This document shows positions 10,463-22,850 of a DNA stretch of 41,102 nt, one piece after another. Position numbers and translations under genes: made by a program. Origin of the DNA: Octopus bimaculoides (taxonomy: Eukaryota); assembly GCF_001194135.2 (NCBI RefSeq), contig NC_068985.1, forward strand, positions 58,754,805-58,795,906, in the 5' to 3' direction. How positions within the stretch are numbered: the first letter of the stretch is position 1; the number at the start of each line of letters is the position of its first letter. A model generated the notes under the pieces. The model had not been told where the DNA came from. It saw only the letters and a list, made by a program, of their open reading frames with translations, and did not search any database.

Positions 10463-11681
10463 TACATATATATNNNNNNNNNNNNNNNNNNNNNNNNNNN
10501 NNNNNNNNNNNNNNNNNNNNNNNNNNNNNNNNNNNNNNNNNNNNNNNNNNNNNNNNNNNNNNNNNNNNNNNNNNNNNNNNNNNNNNNNNNNNNNNNNNNN
10601 NNNNNNNNNNNNNNNNNNNNNNNNNNNNNNNNNNNNNNNNNNNNNNNNNNNNNNNNNNNNNNNNNNNNNNNNNNNNNNNNNNNNNNNNNNNNNNNNNNNN
10701 NNNNNNNNNNNNNNNNNNNNNNNNNNNNNNNNNNNNNNNNNNNNNNNNNNNNNNNNNNNNNNNNNNNNNNNNNNNNNNNNNNNNNNNNNNNNNNNNNNNN
10801 NNNNNNNNNNNNNNNNNNNNNNNNNNNNNNNNNNNNNNNNNNNNNNNNNNNNNNNNNNNNNNNNNNNNNNNNNNNNNNNNNNNNNNNNNNNNNNNNNNNN
10901 NNNNNNNNNNNNNNNNNNNNNNNNNNNNNNNNNNNNNNNNNNNNNNNNNNNNNNNNNNNNNNNNNNNNNNNNNNNNTGAAAAGTTTCATTAATCATTCCT
11001 CTATGGAAATCTAAGATTAGATCGTTTAGCATCGCTATAATATTTCAAATAATTTTTATCGGGTTATTCATAACGGAATGCATTTTACACTTCGGCTTAC
11101 TTTAATTAAATGCCGGTAAAGCCAAAAGGACATGATGAAGTAAACTAGTAGAGATAAATTATAGCAAATAGAGTTGAATAGTGAACATTGTTGAAGCCTT
11201 TTCTCGATGTTCACACGTAGAAATGTCACGTGGTATCAGTAACGGAGACTGATTAATTTAATAGACTAGAGATAAACGTCGTATCACGACTTGGTAAAGT
11301 TATTGAATTAGTTGAGGTTATATGGTTCAGCTTAAATTAAAGTAATTTACTATGGTTGCCAGCAAAGAGACAGAATTTCTACGTTCGATGCCTACATGAC
11401 AAACTTCTACTCGATTTTGACAAACATGAAATTTGTTTATTCTGTGACAAAAGTCCATGGGGTGCCTTTCTCTTAAAATACATTCATTAAGTAGAATTTG
11501 AAAACATTGTTGACAAGAATGCAAGATTCAAGCTTCTCTATGTTCACACACATACAGCTTTTGAAATATAGCATGTTAATTTATGTACCCCTTTCCCCAC
11601 GCACTTACATATACGTATTTATACACACACACATATATGCGTGCGTGATGTGCGTACATTATCTATGTACACACTTTCATC

Positions 11682-11689
<8 letters not shown>

Positions 11690-11756
<67 letters not shown>

Positions 11757-11783
11757 NNNNNNNNNNNNNNNNNNNNNNNNNNT

Positions 11784-11826
<43 letters not shown>
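11690..11826. repeat. (GT)n microsatellite spanning a small gap
   Basis: Directly visible. Confidence 0.95.
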
Positions 11827-11830
<4 letters not shown>

Positions 11831-11879
11831 AACGTCTGTGTGTATGGATTAAATTTAATGAATGCGTGAGTTACACGTT

Positions 11880-12135
11880 ACCTACTTCAGTTCAGCAATT
11901 GTCTTCTTGGTATCGTTTCTTTGTTATCCATTGATACTCCACCGAAGACATAGGGTCCTGATGACATACGCAAAATACAGCAGCTTTCTCTTCCTGATAG
12001 TCACCGAAATTCCTCTCTTACTTCACATTTCCTCGTTTGTTTCATGGTCTTACTTTACATTTCTTCGTTTATTTGATGGTCAAGCCAGCTCTTCCCCGGT
12101 ACATTTAATTTGCACGTTGTTTCAAATGCCTTGAG
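11880..12135 (-). mobile_element. RTE-clade LINE C-terminal fragment
   Basis: Minus strand gives AFETTCK..SWLDHQINEEM..VTIRKRKLLYFAYVIR, matching the recalled RTE consensus AFEMWC..ISWTDH.TNEEVL..TIRKRKL.YFGHV.R. Confidence 0.65.
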
Positions 12136-12490
12136 TTTGGCAGCGTCGTTTCATCTTGAGGTTCACCAAGGTGGAATTTTCCTTTCATCCCTTTTGGGTC
12201 GATAAAATAAGTAGCAGTTAAGGACTGAGGTCAATGTAATCGACTTACACCCACCTGCGAAATTGGTGGCCTTCTGCCAAAATTTGAAATCAAAATGTAG
12301 GCGGCAGAATATTTAACGCGTTCGAAAAATAATTCTCAGCAGTATTTCTTCCAACTCAATACATTCTGCGTTCGAATCCCCTGATGTTAACACCGCTTTT
12401 CATCCGCTCTTAGTTGATAAAATAGCACCATTTGAAGTCTGGGTGGGGTCTATGTAATCGACTATCCCCTTCGTCCGAAATTTTCAATAT
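12136..12490 (+). mobile_element. Two SINE family A copies in head-to-tail tandem
   Basis: First copy TTTCATCCCTTTTGGGTCGATAAAATAAGTAGCAG..CCAAAATTTGAAATC ends ~12291. Second copy starts GGCGGCAGAAT ~12300 and contains TTTCATCCG..GATAAAATAG..GTAATCGACT. Confidence 0.75.
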
Positions 12491-12927
12491 TTGACCGATA
12501 ATAAAATGGAGACTGCGATGTCGTTATTCTGCATTACAATTATGATTATTCGAACCTTTAGCTTACTGCTTCATAAAAATTTAAAATAGAAACTGAATAT
12601 ATGCTGTCATCAGATTGTATCATCTAATTTCGTTTCCATAATTTTTATGCAAGATTCGTGATGTAAAAACACTTATACCCTTAATATTTGGTCCGCGCTT
12701 CCTATGTTATTACTATCATTACTCATCACGTTGACTAATTAATCATTCAGCTAATAGATCTGAACAATCATTTGATTAATCGAAAACTTGGTTTATAGAA
12801 CCCTCATATCACAATCACAAACTGTTTCCATAATTTTCCTTTCTCATCAGCATTTGTTGTTTCGGAAGTATGTGTCTTCATGAACAAAACATATGTCTCA
12901 AAACATATGTGTGTATATATAGATATT

Positions 12928-12929
<2 letters not shown>

Positions 12930-12966
<37 letters not shown>
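12930..12966. repeat. (GT)n microsatellite
   Basis: Directly visible. Confidence 0.9.
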
Positions 12967-12972
<6 letters not shown>

Positions 12973-13154
12973 TGTCTGTTTGTGCGTTTATGGTATGCCT
13001 GTGTACCTTCAAGTTTATTTATTCCTGTGTATTTGTGTTTTCGTTACAATCCAGTGGTTCTCTGCTTTCAACCCCTGCTTCTCCTACCGTACAAATCCAT
13101 AGACTTTAGATGAAGGCATCAAGTAGATGATATCGATCTCCGTATTTCAATGGC

Positions 13155-13278
13155 AATTTATTTCATCCAGCCTGAAAAGCAAAGTTGATCTCGTAGGGAT
13201 TTATACTCATAACGTAAACTGCAATCATGGGTGCCGTTATGCATTTTGTCCGACGGCTAACGATTCTGTCAGCTCACA
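13155..13278 (-). mobile_element. SINE family A, 5' part
   Basis: Minus strand GTGAGCTGACAGAATCGTTAGCCGTCGGACAAAATGCATAACGGCA..CAACTTTGCTTTTCA. Confidence 0.7.
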
Positions 13279-14057
13279 TTCAGAACGCTTAATACTTATT
13301 CACTGTCTTTCTCAGAAACCTGAATTCACACAAATATACATATAGATAGATCTATATGCGTGTGTGTTGATGTATGTGGATGTGAGAGTGTGCTTTGTTA
13401 ATGTATGTGTATTTTGCTAGAGTATGTGTATGCATTTTTGCATCGTGGGATAAAGGCATCTATAAATATTTACGCTTAACGCAAACACATACAGACGTAC
13501 ATATATCCTTATATATGTTTTTTAAAACTATATATTCACACACCTCCATATTCATCCATACACACACATACACATATGTATCTATATATGTATATATTTT
13601 GAGACATCTGTTCACGAAGACATATATTTGCAATTGGTTAATTTCTCTCCAAAGTAAAATATTTTTTATTGAAATCCAGCAGTTGTCCACTCCCTTCCCT
13701 TCATTGCATTACTGTTTTCGAAAATAAAACTGAGGCCAGGACAATATATATAACGTATAGTACAGAGGTTGCAACTAGAACACGATTAACAAGAATAAGC
13801 ACCATAGTGTTTCTTATCCGACACCCCAACGAATTCGCAAAAACTCCATCTATCACTGTTTTTTTTCCTTCATTTACCAAAAAAATAAAAAGTTTTGAGA
13901 TTATAGGAATTCGGTCAAATATGAAAAGGCATTCAACCTTATTTAGATAATGGTTAAGAGGAACATTAACTTCTCAAACTTACAGAAATGAGTTGTTCCT
14001 CCAGACTGCTGAACACTACTAGCGGTGATCTTGAGCCAAAGAAAACATGTCTCCACG

Positions 14058-14246
14058 CAGCTACATGATGTGCTACAGATAATCGGCAAATCTCTCTTAA
14101 ATCACACTTTTAGAGAAAATTTGAGTGCGGGAATAAATGTGCATTGTGGATAATATACTCATGGAAACAGTAGAACTTAAAATACGACCAGATAATCTCA
14201 TGTTAATGCTTGCTGAATTAGTATTGATCTTAGGCTAAACCAGAAC
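14058..14246 (+). repeat. Probable diverged interspersed repeat (unclassified)
   Basis: CAGCTACATGATGTGCTA..CAAATCTCTCTTAAATCACAC..AGGCTAAAC resembles a repeat I recall from octopus DNA. There is no second copy in the window to confirm it. Confidence 0.35.
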
Positions 14247-15554
14247 AGACACTGGTAGATCTCCTAAAGAGAAACTGTTGTTTTTCTTGGTGATTCTGTC
14301 ATGAACCTTCGTAAAAACATGATATTCAGAGTACACTCAATAGTTGATCAGGTTGCCGGCATATAATTCTACTTTTATAGGAAACAGCAAGAGCCGTACG
14401 TAGACATTTAAATTAACCACAATAGATCACCGGTAATAATTCGTGAACGCCCAACCCCGTTCTGTTTTCTTTTAATCAGCACAAAAGAATGCTTTCTCTG
14501 TGTGAGTGCAGAGATCCAGGCGAATGCAACGAGGCATTCATTTTCTACAATTCTTTAACAATTCGAATTGTTAATTGTACGAATTAGACGTTGCAGAATT
14601 GTAGGCAATAATTGAGTGCATATGTTGAGTTGTTAAAACTTAAGATAGTAAGCAAGAACGTCTTAGAAATGAAATTTTAAAACTAAAGTTTAATATCGAA
14701 TAAAATCATACGAACAATTAATATTAGGCAATAAAACCTAATTAGTATAGGGACGTAAGATTATAAAAGGTAAATAATTACAGAGCAAAATATAAATAGC
14801 ATTATTGAAAGAAGGAACGGGTATAGAGTTTTACGAATTTCTTGTAATTTTCGGAAGACATATCCAATAGAATTACTTTGTTTTGAACATTATTGTTAAC
14901 AGCGTCACTTACCAGGAACAATTGTACTCAACAAAACAACACTAATGCAATACTAATACTTTCACCTAAACTGAACTAATGCATATATTGCTATCCACAT
15001 GAGAAGATCTCATTATTCGACTAAACCATGCAAAATATATTTCTATATAAGGAAATTTAAAAATTCATTGTGTGCGTGTTTTACTATTTTTTTTCTCTTA
15101 TGATGCATTTAACTAATTAATATTGCTCTCCTAAACAGAGAAAATGAGAGGAAAACACAAACGTCTTCCACATCAATTCTCAGACCAGAGCAGACACTCT
15201 GAGATTCCATTCTCATTACATTCTTGATTTATATCAATAAATTTAAATAGTTTAGTTTACAGCCTGCCAACATAACATGTGGACAGTGTCTCTAGGACAT
15301 TTAACAACAAACAAAACGATATATATATTTGGTTGATTTCAGGTATAATCGATTTATTCTTTTTTTCTAGTGGCCACTAAAGTATTATTTATGCTTGGTA
15401 AGTAATATCAACGAAGAGGAAATAGAAGAGATGTGATAAATTTTAATATCTAACTGATATTATTTATATCTTCAAGTTATCTTACCTAAATCATGCCTAG
15501 ACTTAAACCTCAATATCTTGCAGTTGTAATATATACACTTATATCCTTATTATA

Positions 15555-15631
15555 ATACCTACTACTACTACTATTAGTACTACTACTACTATTAGTACTA
15601 CTACTACTATTAGTACTACTACTACTACTAC

Positions 15632-15696
<65 letters not shown>

Positions 15697-15756
15697 CTAT
15701 AATAATAATAAAATAACAGCAACAACAACAGCAATAATGACAGCAACAACAACAAC

Positions 15757-15811
<55 letters not shown>
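15555..15811. repeat. Compound (TAC)n/(TAA)n/(CAA)n microsatellite
   Basis: Directly visible; includes three TAC-run+TATTAG higher-order units. Confidence 0.95.
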
Positions 15812-15816
<5 letters not shown>

Positions 15817-16295
15817 GTACCAGGCAGTGGCTGTCATGTTTTCTCATCTTAACTGATTGGAAGAAATATGTTCATTGTTTTGTCTTAGTATGAAATATGG
15901 GCTACAGCAAATATTCTGCTCAAAACCACAGATTTGTTTGTCACTTGCTTTACCATAATCACTTGAGCATGTCCCTTAGTGGATGATCATATACGCAACT
16001 CTGATCACGAGCAGAAGTAGTGGGTTGCATCATAGCTGTGTGTTGAAAGGAATTCTTTTGGGGGTTTGGATAATTCACCTCTGGAAACATGAATGTTTTG
16101 TTCAACATCCTTCAACAACCCTTATTGAGGGACATTTTGAGCAGGATGGGCTACTGAACCTGAAGACAAGTCTGAGTACCACCTGCAAGGTCATGCCTAG
16201 TGTTCCCTTATCAGACAGGTAGTCATGATGAGTATACTGGGCTTTGTATATTTTACTCTAGTGTCACTTTGTTAGCATTCACTGCCCTCTACCTC
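15812..16295 (-). mobile_element. Unclassified interspersed element, family D, copy 1
   Basis: Homologous to 33354-33677 (GGGCTACAGCAAATATTCTGCTCAA, CACCTGCAAGGTC, TATACTGGGCTT..AGTGTCACTTTG); bounded by (AAT)n on both sides. Strand is a guess from tail logic. Confidence 0.75.

Positions 16296-16378
<83 letters not shown>
16296..16378. repeat. (AAT)n microsatellite
   Basis: Directly visible. Confidence 0.95.
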
Positions 16379-16849
16379 TATCATCATTATCATTTTCCTA
16401 TGTTTACAACGAGCTTTTAAGCTGATATTTTTGTATTTTACTCGTTTTATTGTTGTTGTGCTCACACTTAGGGTACCTCGTAATCGTCACACTGGAAATT
16501 CCATCATATTTGTGTTCCTTGGCAACTTAATAACAATATACTGGTTATTTAAATATTTCTAAGAGACCAATAATTAGATTGGTCTATAGCTCAGCATGGA
16601 GGTGAAAACACTGAGGCATGAAGATGTCTGTGCAGGAAAATACATAAATGGCTTGTTTGTAAAGGTCCACACTTTCAGTTTCCTCAACGATGCATATTAA
16701 CAAAAGATACTGCTTACATAAATTCCCATACATAGGCGCACACAAGCTCATACTTGTCACTCGTGTGTGTGTGCTTGCTTTTAAATTTACAAACAATAGG
16801 ATTAAATATTCTGTGGGGGAAAAATTACAATTATTCATTTACTGTAGTA

Positions 16850-17190
16850 CTGAAGGTACTCTCTATCGCTGGTTCAAATTTTTGGAGTGTTGCTGGACAG
16901 TTTCTTCGAGTTAACGCACATGGGACGCCTACGAAACCCAAAGTAAGCACAGTGGGGCCACAGTTTTGGATAAATCTGAGGCTTATAAGAGAAAAATAGC
17001 ATGACGGAATTTGTGTGGAATCCCACATTCGGGAATCCCAGGAGTCGTATTTTATATAGCCACTCCTGTAACATTGTGTCATGCTCATTCATGCTAAGAA
17101 TTACATGGAGAGCACATGTCTTTGGAATACTCAGCCACGTATTGTGTAAGTGGATGAGTAAAGAGTTCACTTGAACGGACATCAAGTATT
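16850..17190 (+). mobile_element. Possible highly decayed mariner N-terminal fragment
   Basis: Short motifs TLYRWFKF (HTH-like) and VLCKWMSKEFT (cf. ARWVP.EL) in different frames; weak. Confidence 0.25.
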
Positions 17191-18367
17191 CTCATCGACG
17201 AGAATATTTGATGACCAAAAGACGTTCCCTATATGACCATCCTGAATATTCCTCATCTGAATATAACATATGGTAAAAGGATTTCCATCACTTGTTTTGC
17301 TTTCATGTTTTCTTTTTTCTGATTAACTAACACAAGATTTCATTAAGATTTTTCCAGTTATTTCTAATACTTCCTACTTATTCGTTTGCCTTTTATGTAT
17401 CTAAACATGCGCGTGTATGTGACCATTTTATGATTGTGTATATCCACTCAATCGCTATGCGGTGTGATTGTCCGTGTATGGCTGTGTCTATGCATTGTAT
17501 TTCCGTATATTTAGCGTGCTGGTTCGCTTTCTTTATACACATGAACCAAAACAAACACTGATATTGTTTGTTGCTATGAACACGCTAAAATGCGAAGTGA
17601 TTTTATATTTAAAAATAGTGAATTCTTCAATCTAATTTTACTACGCATCAACATCCTGTCGACAATCATCAAACCAAACAATAAATTAAAACCAAAACAT
17701 TGGAATTCTGATAAAATAAGATACATTTGTTCGAAGTTTTATCACAGTAAACACACTGATACAGGCCAATGTTTAGAAGTGATCCCATATCAGTTTATCT
17801 TGAGGACAAAAGTTTGTCTATTTTATATATATTTTTTTAACTTTTGTAATAATATTCGATTTAATTTCTTTGGTATAATGCTGCTAAAACCGTTTATCTT
17901 TTGGGAAAAATTATGAAAAACGAGACATTGCCCCCATATCAAATAGGAAACCAAGTATTAAAAAATGTGTCACTGCAAAAAATGACGTTTTGTAAGGTAG
18001 AGTTTACAGTCTATTGGATAGTGAATATGTGCTATCTGTTGTTTTTGTTCTTTTTTTCTGTTGTAATTATTTGCATCCTTCCCTGAGAAATCTAATTGAT
18101 TAAGACCTGTAGGTAGTAGACCTCATCCATTGGGCAGATTACCATCAACAACTGACAACATAGGAGCGTTTAGAATCTCGTCATTTGCAAGTTTTCGGAC
18201 CGAGGGTCTGGTCTGAAGATAACTGCTTCTTTCCTTACAATGGTAGCCTTGAAAAGAATAATGGACATAGCGTTTTCTTCTGCCTATAGAATTGAAAATA
18301 TAATTCTGTGATACTGATGCCCTATATTCATGGTTTAAGCCAATATATCGATATTTAAATGTAACAA

Positions 18368-18545
18368 GCTGCCAGAACTGCTAGCCACTCAGACAAAACG
18401 CTTAGTGTATTTCTTCCGGCTCTCTACGTCCTGAGTTCAAAAACCTACTTGTTTATTTTGCCTTGTATCCCTTAGTGTCAATAGAATAAAATATCAATCA
18501 AACATTGGGGGTTGATGCGATCGACATATACTCTCATTTCATAAT
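18368..18545 (+). mobile_element. SINE family A, old copy
   Basis: GCTGCCAGAACTGCTAGC..GACAAAACGCTTAG..TACGTCCTGAGTTCAAA..GGGGTTGATGCGATCGAC is colinear with the other A copies. Confidence 0.7.
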
Positions 18546-18558
18546 TTCTAACTTGAAA

Positions 18559-18662
18559 CCTACGACGAATCGGCATCCCGTTCAAGGGAATGTTCTATTC
18601 TTGCTCGCTTATATGTCTTGTAAACGGATAACTGGCCTTACGAGTCCTAGGACGCAAGAGAA
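18559..18662 (+). mobile_element. SINE-like family E fragment
   Basis: CCTACGACGAATCGGCATCCCGTTCAAGGG is similar to CCTGCGTCGGACAGGCATCCTGTCCAGG at ~32010. Confidence 0.45.
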
Positions 18663-19078
18663 ACATACAGAGACGTTTAAGAGCTCTGGATGACATTTCT
18701 AGCAAGATATGTGACAGAGTAGGGTCTTTTGCATTGTCCATCATGACTTTATTTCATCGCTCTAGATGCAGAACGCTGGTTAGGAAAGCAATAAGAAACG
18801 CTAGATATTACAAATTTTGTGATGTCATTTTCGATACATGCTCTGGTAGATTTTTTTTGCTTTCTGACACACACACATATTTATAAATAATATGGGTGGC
18901 TTATTAGCAATTTAACACCGTAATGGCAAATTTATAAACGTCTCTGAAATTACAGAGGGTAGTAAATGGTACCGGCATTGCTAGAAATAAGAGTCAAAAT
19001 CAAATCAATAGCCACAAGTGCACTGTGTTAATGACTGATAAGGGAGATAATTTCCCTAGCGGACGTAGCCAGATCACC

Positions 19079-19082
<4 letters not shown>

Positions 19083-19117
<35 letters not shown>
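19083..19117. repeat. (GT)n microsatellite
   Basis: Directly visible. Confidence 0.9.
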
Positions 19118-19121
<4 letters not shown>

Positions 19122-19356
19122 TCTGTGTGTCCCCTGTGTTGTTGAGCAGAGGTGATGGTAACTTCATTGCTAGAAGGCAGTATATAAAGTCAAAGGCACG
19201 TGTATGCAAGACGGTGAACAAGTATATATTGCATATACTTGCATCTGTCAGTATATACTACCTTTTAAGCGATGAACACATCACGAGCTTCGATCAACAA
19301 CACAAGATATCGCTATAGTGGCCATGAGGCTTTCCATGGAGTATTTATATATATCA

Positions 19357-19529
19357 GGAGTGGCTGCGTGTGAAGAAGCTTGCTTTCCAACCACATGGCT
19401 CCCGATTTAGTCTCACTGCGTGACAACTTCGGCAAGTGTCTTCTTTTATAGCCTTGGGCTGACTTGTGAGTGGATTTGGTAGACGGAAAATGAAAGAAAC
19501 CCGTGTATGTGTATACACACGCACGCGCG

Positions 19530-19599
<70 letters not shown>

Positions 19600-19603
19600 C
19601 ACA
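19357..19603 (+). mobile_element. SINE family B, 5' half plus (CA)n/(TA)n tail
   Basis: tRNA-like head GTGGCTGCGTGTGAAGAAGCTTGCTTTCCAACCACATGG..TTAGTCTCACTGCG, CORE-like CTTCGGCAAGTGTCTTCT, then GTGGATTTGGTAGACGGAAAATGAAAGAAACCCG. Confidence 0.9.
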
Positions 19604-20004
19604 CTAGCAAACGTCCCGCCTCCATTGAATGGTGTAAGTTCGTAATAGAACTAGAGTCTAAAATAGTGTAATTTTGCATGTCTATGCTTAAAATTGAGGA
19701 TTATTTGACATAGTTGAGACGTCAAATCAAAAATAAGTTGCATTCAAAAAGGAACATGTTTTATTTGAACATATCGGGTATTAAAATGTGGAAATATGGA
19801 AATTATCGTTCGTAATGCCGCTTAATTGATTGGATGGCTGAAGTATCGGTACAAAAGCATATACATTTCTTTCTATGGACATGAAGGTTATCTGTAAGAA
19901 TTATGTTTAATTGCAATATAAAATTGTTTGAGGCATCTGGGAAGCTGCGCATTGAAATGAAAAACTGCTTGACTACATCAGCTGGTGTGCCTCTTGGGAT
20001 AATA

Positions 20005-22060
20005 TGGATACACCCGTTGCACGTTCTTCAAATGAACATTGAGATGAATAACTGCAGGTTCACGTTCATGGATCAGAACATCGAATATGTGCCAAAATGC
20101 CTTATTAGTAGCGTCCAGTTTGGAAAAATGTGACCTCATCTGTGGCGGCATAAGGGTCGCCGGCCTTATCCAACTCAATAACTGCTTGATCGGCTCTCTT
20201 ATGTACATACTTGCAGATGTATTGAATTGATTTCACGGAGTCGCCAAATTCAACATTAATGTGGGCGGAAAACATTTTACAAAGCACCTTCTTATGTGGC
20301 ACCACCCATCTGTTGTCGACATTCAATTCTTGACCCCCAACTGTTTTTATCGTTGCTGTATGTCCACCCTCCTGTGGTGCTCTGCGACGGTATAAAGGAT
20401 ACCCGTCATCATCAGTCTGAGTATCATGAATTAGTTTACGTGGATAACGCTTTGTAAACTTCCCATTGTCCATGCATGCAGGCCTTGGATTTAGGTGGCC
20501 ACACGGGCCATGGATCATGCTGGGTCTTCTTGGGGATTTGGCAGTTCAGCACTGATAATGGAGTCGATATATGTTGACATGAGTTTGTTCTGAAGTCAGA
20601 GGAGGATATGGGTGTGAAGGAGTCCTCTCTGCTGCCATTCTACGGTGTGCATGAAGCATCTTAATGCTCCAAAAATATATTCATGTATTATAACGTCCAT
20701 CATTTTCATTAGCTTCAGATGAAACACTCCAGATATGAAATTATGCCTATCTGGAGGATTTTGGCCATGAAGTGAGACTGGATGTCAACCCATTTTGGAT
20801 AACAAGTGAAGGTGATGAAAAAATCTGGACGGCCATAGTGGGGGACATAAGTGAGAGCATCCTGCATTTTCTCATGCATGTACCGTGGGCCTCCAGTGTA
20901 TGGTGATGGGAGAATGACAGAACCTCGAATATTCGAATCAACAACCTGATCATTGCGGTTCACTTCGTCACAAAGATTGCCATAATCTTCTGTACGGAAT
21001 TCCTTTTGATAGTGTCTTATCCATTGGAAGCGTTTGGTGTCAATCTGGAAAGGAAAGAAATGTGTGAAGTAAATAGTTAGTGACCTGGCTAAGGAAATTT
21101 TCTGAAAGAAATCATAAAATAAGAAACATCTACCTTAGCAAATACGTCTATACAATGTTGATTGAGGAGCATCCGTGTTCTACGAAGAATGGTGATATCG
21201 TTGTTGCGAACCATAAGCCGAAATATTTAAAATTCCATGATTTTCCGTGCTTGAAGATGCATTAACGTTTCCGGATTAAACTTTGGTAAGTCAATGCGGT
21301 AGCCATCGTCACCATAAAGGAATAGTTGTGGATATTGGAGGGCATCATACGCAGAATGAAGTTCATTTATTGTTTGAAGGCGCGAGTCTTGCCATTCAAG
21401 AACAATATCACGGTTTGAAGCATACTCATTGAGACTTGTTATAAGCACCGCAACTTAGTCGGTTTGGGGTTTGTTAAAGCAACCCCGGTGCTGCCCTGGT
21501 GGAGCACGGTCACATCGAATGATAATCTTAAACTGATTGGTGTTATCATCTCTACCCTGAAAAGCAGTTTTGGAAATGGTTACGTAGAGGTTTGTGGTAT
21601 GAAGCGTATATTCAAGGGTCTGCAGAAGCGATGATCTTGTTCCTCTAGGAACTAAAGCTCTTCATGCAACTTCCTCAGGTCCGTTCCCCATAAAATAGAT
21701 CTCGAGAAAGCTGTGTTCATCGCCATTTTGTGGAATAAGGGATACAATTTGATGGTACATTTGGCCTTGTACTCTGAAGGTGGGCATATAATTTCCATCT
21801 CTTATTGGTGTAAGACTAAAGCTTGTAATTTGGAAAGCGGAATTGTAGGCTCTTATATTCCGAAGAAAGTGCTCAGAATTTGGATGGTCAAGAGCATCAG
21901 GGACTTCCGAGGTTCGGCACCGACTTGTAAATATACAAGCTAACCGTTCCATTGGAGCAGCATGTAGCTGGCCACCTCATTGCATTACAATGGACGAAAA
22001 CAGTAGACATGTTGGCAATGATGATATGTGGGTATGATGCGCAGTCCTCATGGGAGCTGT
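20005..22060 (-). pseudogene. Helitron Rep (HUH endonuclease) coding region with stops and frameshifts
   Basis: HCNAMRW..CCSNG Zn motif; HFLRNIRAYNSAFQITSF; YDALQYPQLFLYGDDGY; motif 1 DFFITFTCYPKW (~20790-20826); motif 2 VEWQQRGLLHTHILL (~20600-20647); MIHGPCG; DNRWVVP; motif 3 QYICKYVHK (~20198-20224); GRYISSN.AFWHIF..IHER.PAVIHL.VHL. Confidence 0.93.
21045..21133 (-). other. 89-nt spliceosomal intron inside Helitron Rep
   Basis: AAG|GTAGAT donor, CACTAAC branch site ~32 nt from the 3' end, polypyrimidine tract ending TTTCTTTCCTTTCCAG| acceptor. Removal restores the in-frame FAK|IDTKR (consensus YAKIETER). Confidence 0.85.
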
Positions 22061-22850
22061 AATGAAAGGCATTGTTAGACCAGGAACAGGAAGAAACCCT
22101 CGTAAAGACATGAGAACTCATTTTACGTTGAGAATCAACCGCAAGACTAAAGACCCTTTATTCAACTTGTTGCCCTTTGTTTTAAAGCATGGCTATTTGA
22201 AGTTGAGGCAGCATCGCGAAAATGTTCACAGAGTTGATTGATCACCAGTTATTGCCATTTATTCGTTAAAGTTCATATTTTATTTCATTTTTACTTATTC
22301 GAAATAATTACCTTGTCTTCTTACTCTTTTGTGTCAGCTTATTTATTAAATAGAGAAGGAAATGCCTGGATGCACGTGTTCGATTACCGTTCATTCTAGA
22401 ATGATATCGACTTTTACTACAATCATATATGGTCTTCCATGAAATTTAACTGGTGCACCCATTGAGACGTCTTTTATCTATGTCTAAAATTTCAGCGCAA
22501 TCAGTTGAAACATAATAGTTATGATCTTTTNNNNNNNNNNNNNNNNNNNNNNNNNNNNNNNNNNNNNNNNNNNNNNNNNNNNNNNNNNNNNNNNNNNNNN
22601 NNNNNNNNNNNNNNNNNNNNNNNNNNNNNNNNNNNNNNNNNNNNNNNNNNNNNNNNNNNNNNNNNNNNNNNNNNNNNNNNNNNNNNNNNNNNNNNNNNNN
22701 NNNNNNNNNNNNNNNNNNNNNNNNNNNNNNNNNNNNNNNNNNNNNNNNNNNNNNNNNNNNNNNNNNNNNNNNNNNNNNNNNNNNNNNNNNNNNNNNNNNN
22801 NNNNNNNNNNNNNNNNNNNNNNNNNNNNNNNTATATATATATATATATAT

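Larger units (their letters stand above)
19604..22530 (-). mobile_element. Helitron, internally deleted (Rep present, helicase absent); 5' end probably in gap 22531-22831
   Basis: Rep motifs on the minus strand. 3' terminus GGCGGGACGTTTGCTAG|T with CTAG at 19604-19607 followed by T. 5'-type motif ACTGATTGCGCTGAAATTTT near 22487-22506. Confidence 0.9.

Noticed and set aside
12815-12850. Minus-strand CTGATGA..GAAAC spaced 15 nt
   Set aside because: The intervening purine-rich sequence cannot base-pair as stem II.
19357-19430. tRNA-like sequences with A/B boxes
   Set aside because: These are SINE heads (also in family A copies); no complete cloverleaf, so not called tRNA genes.
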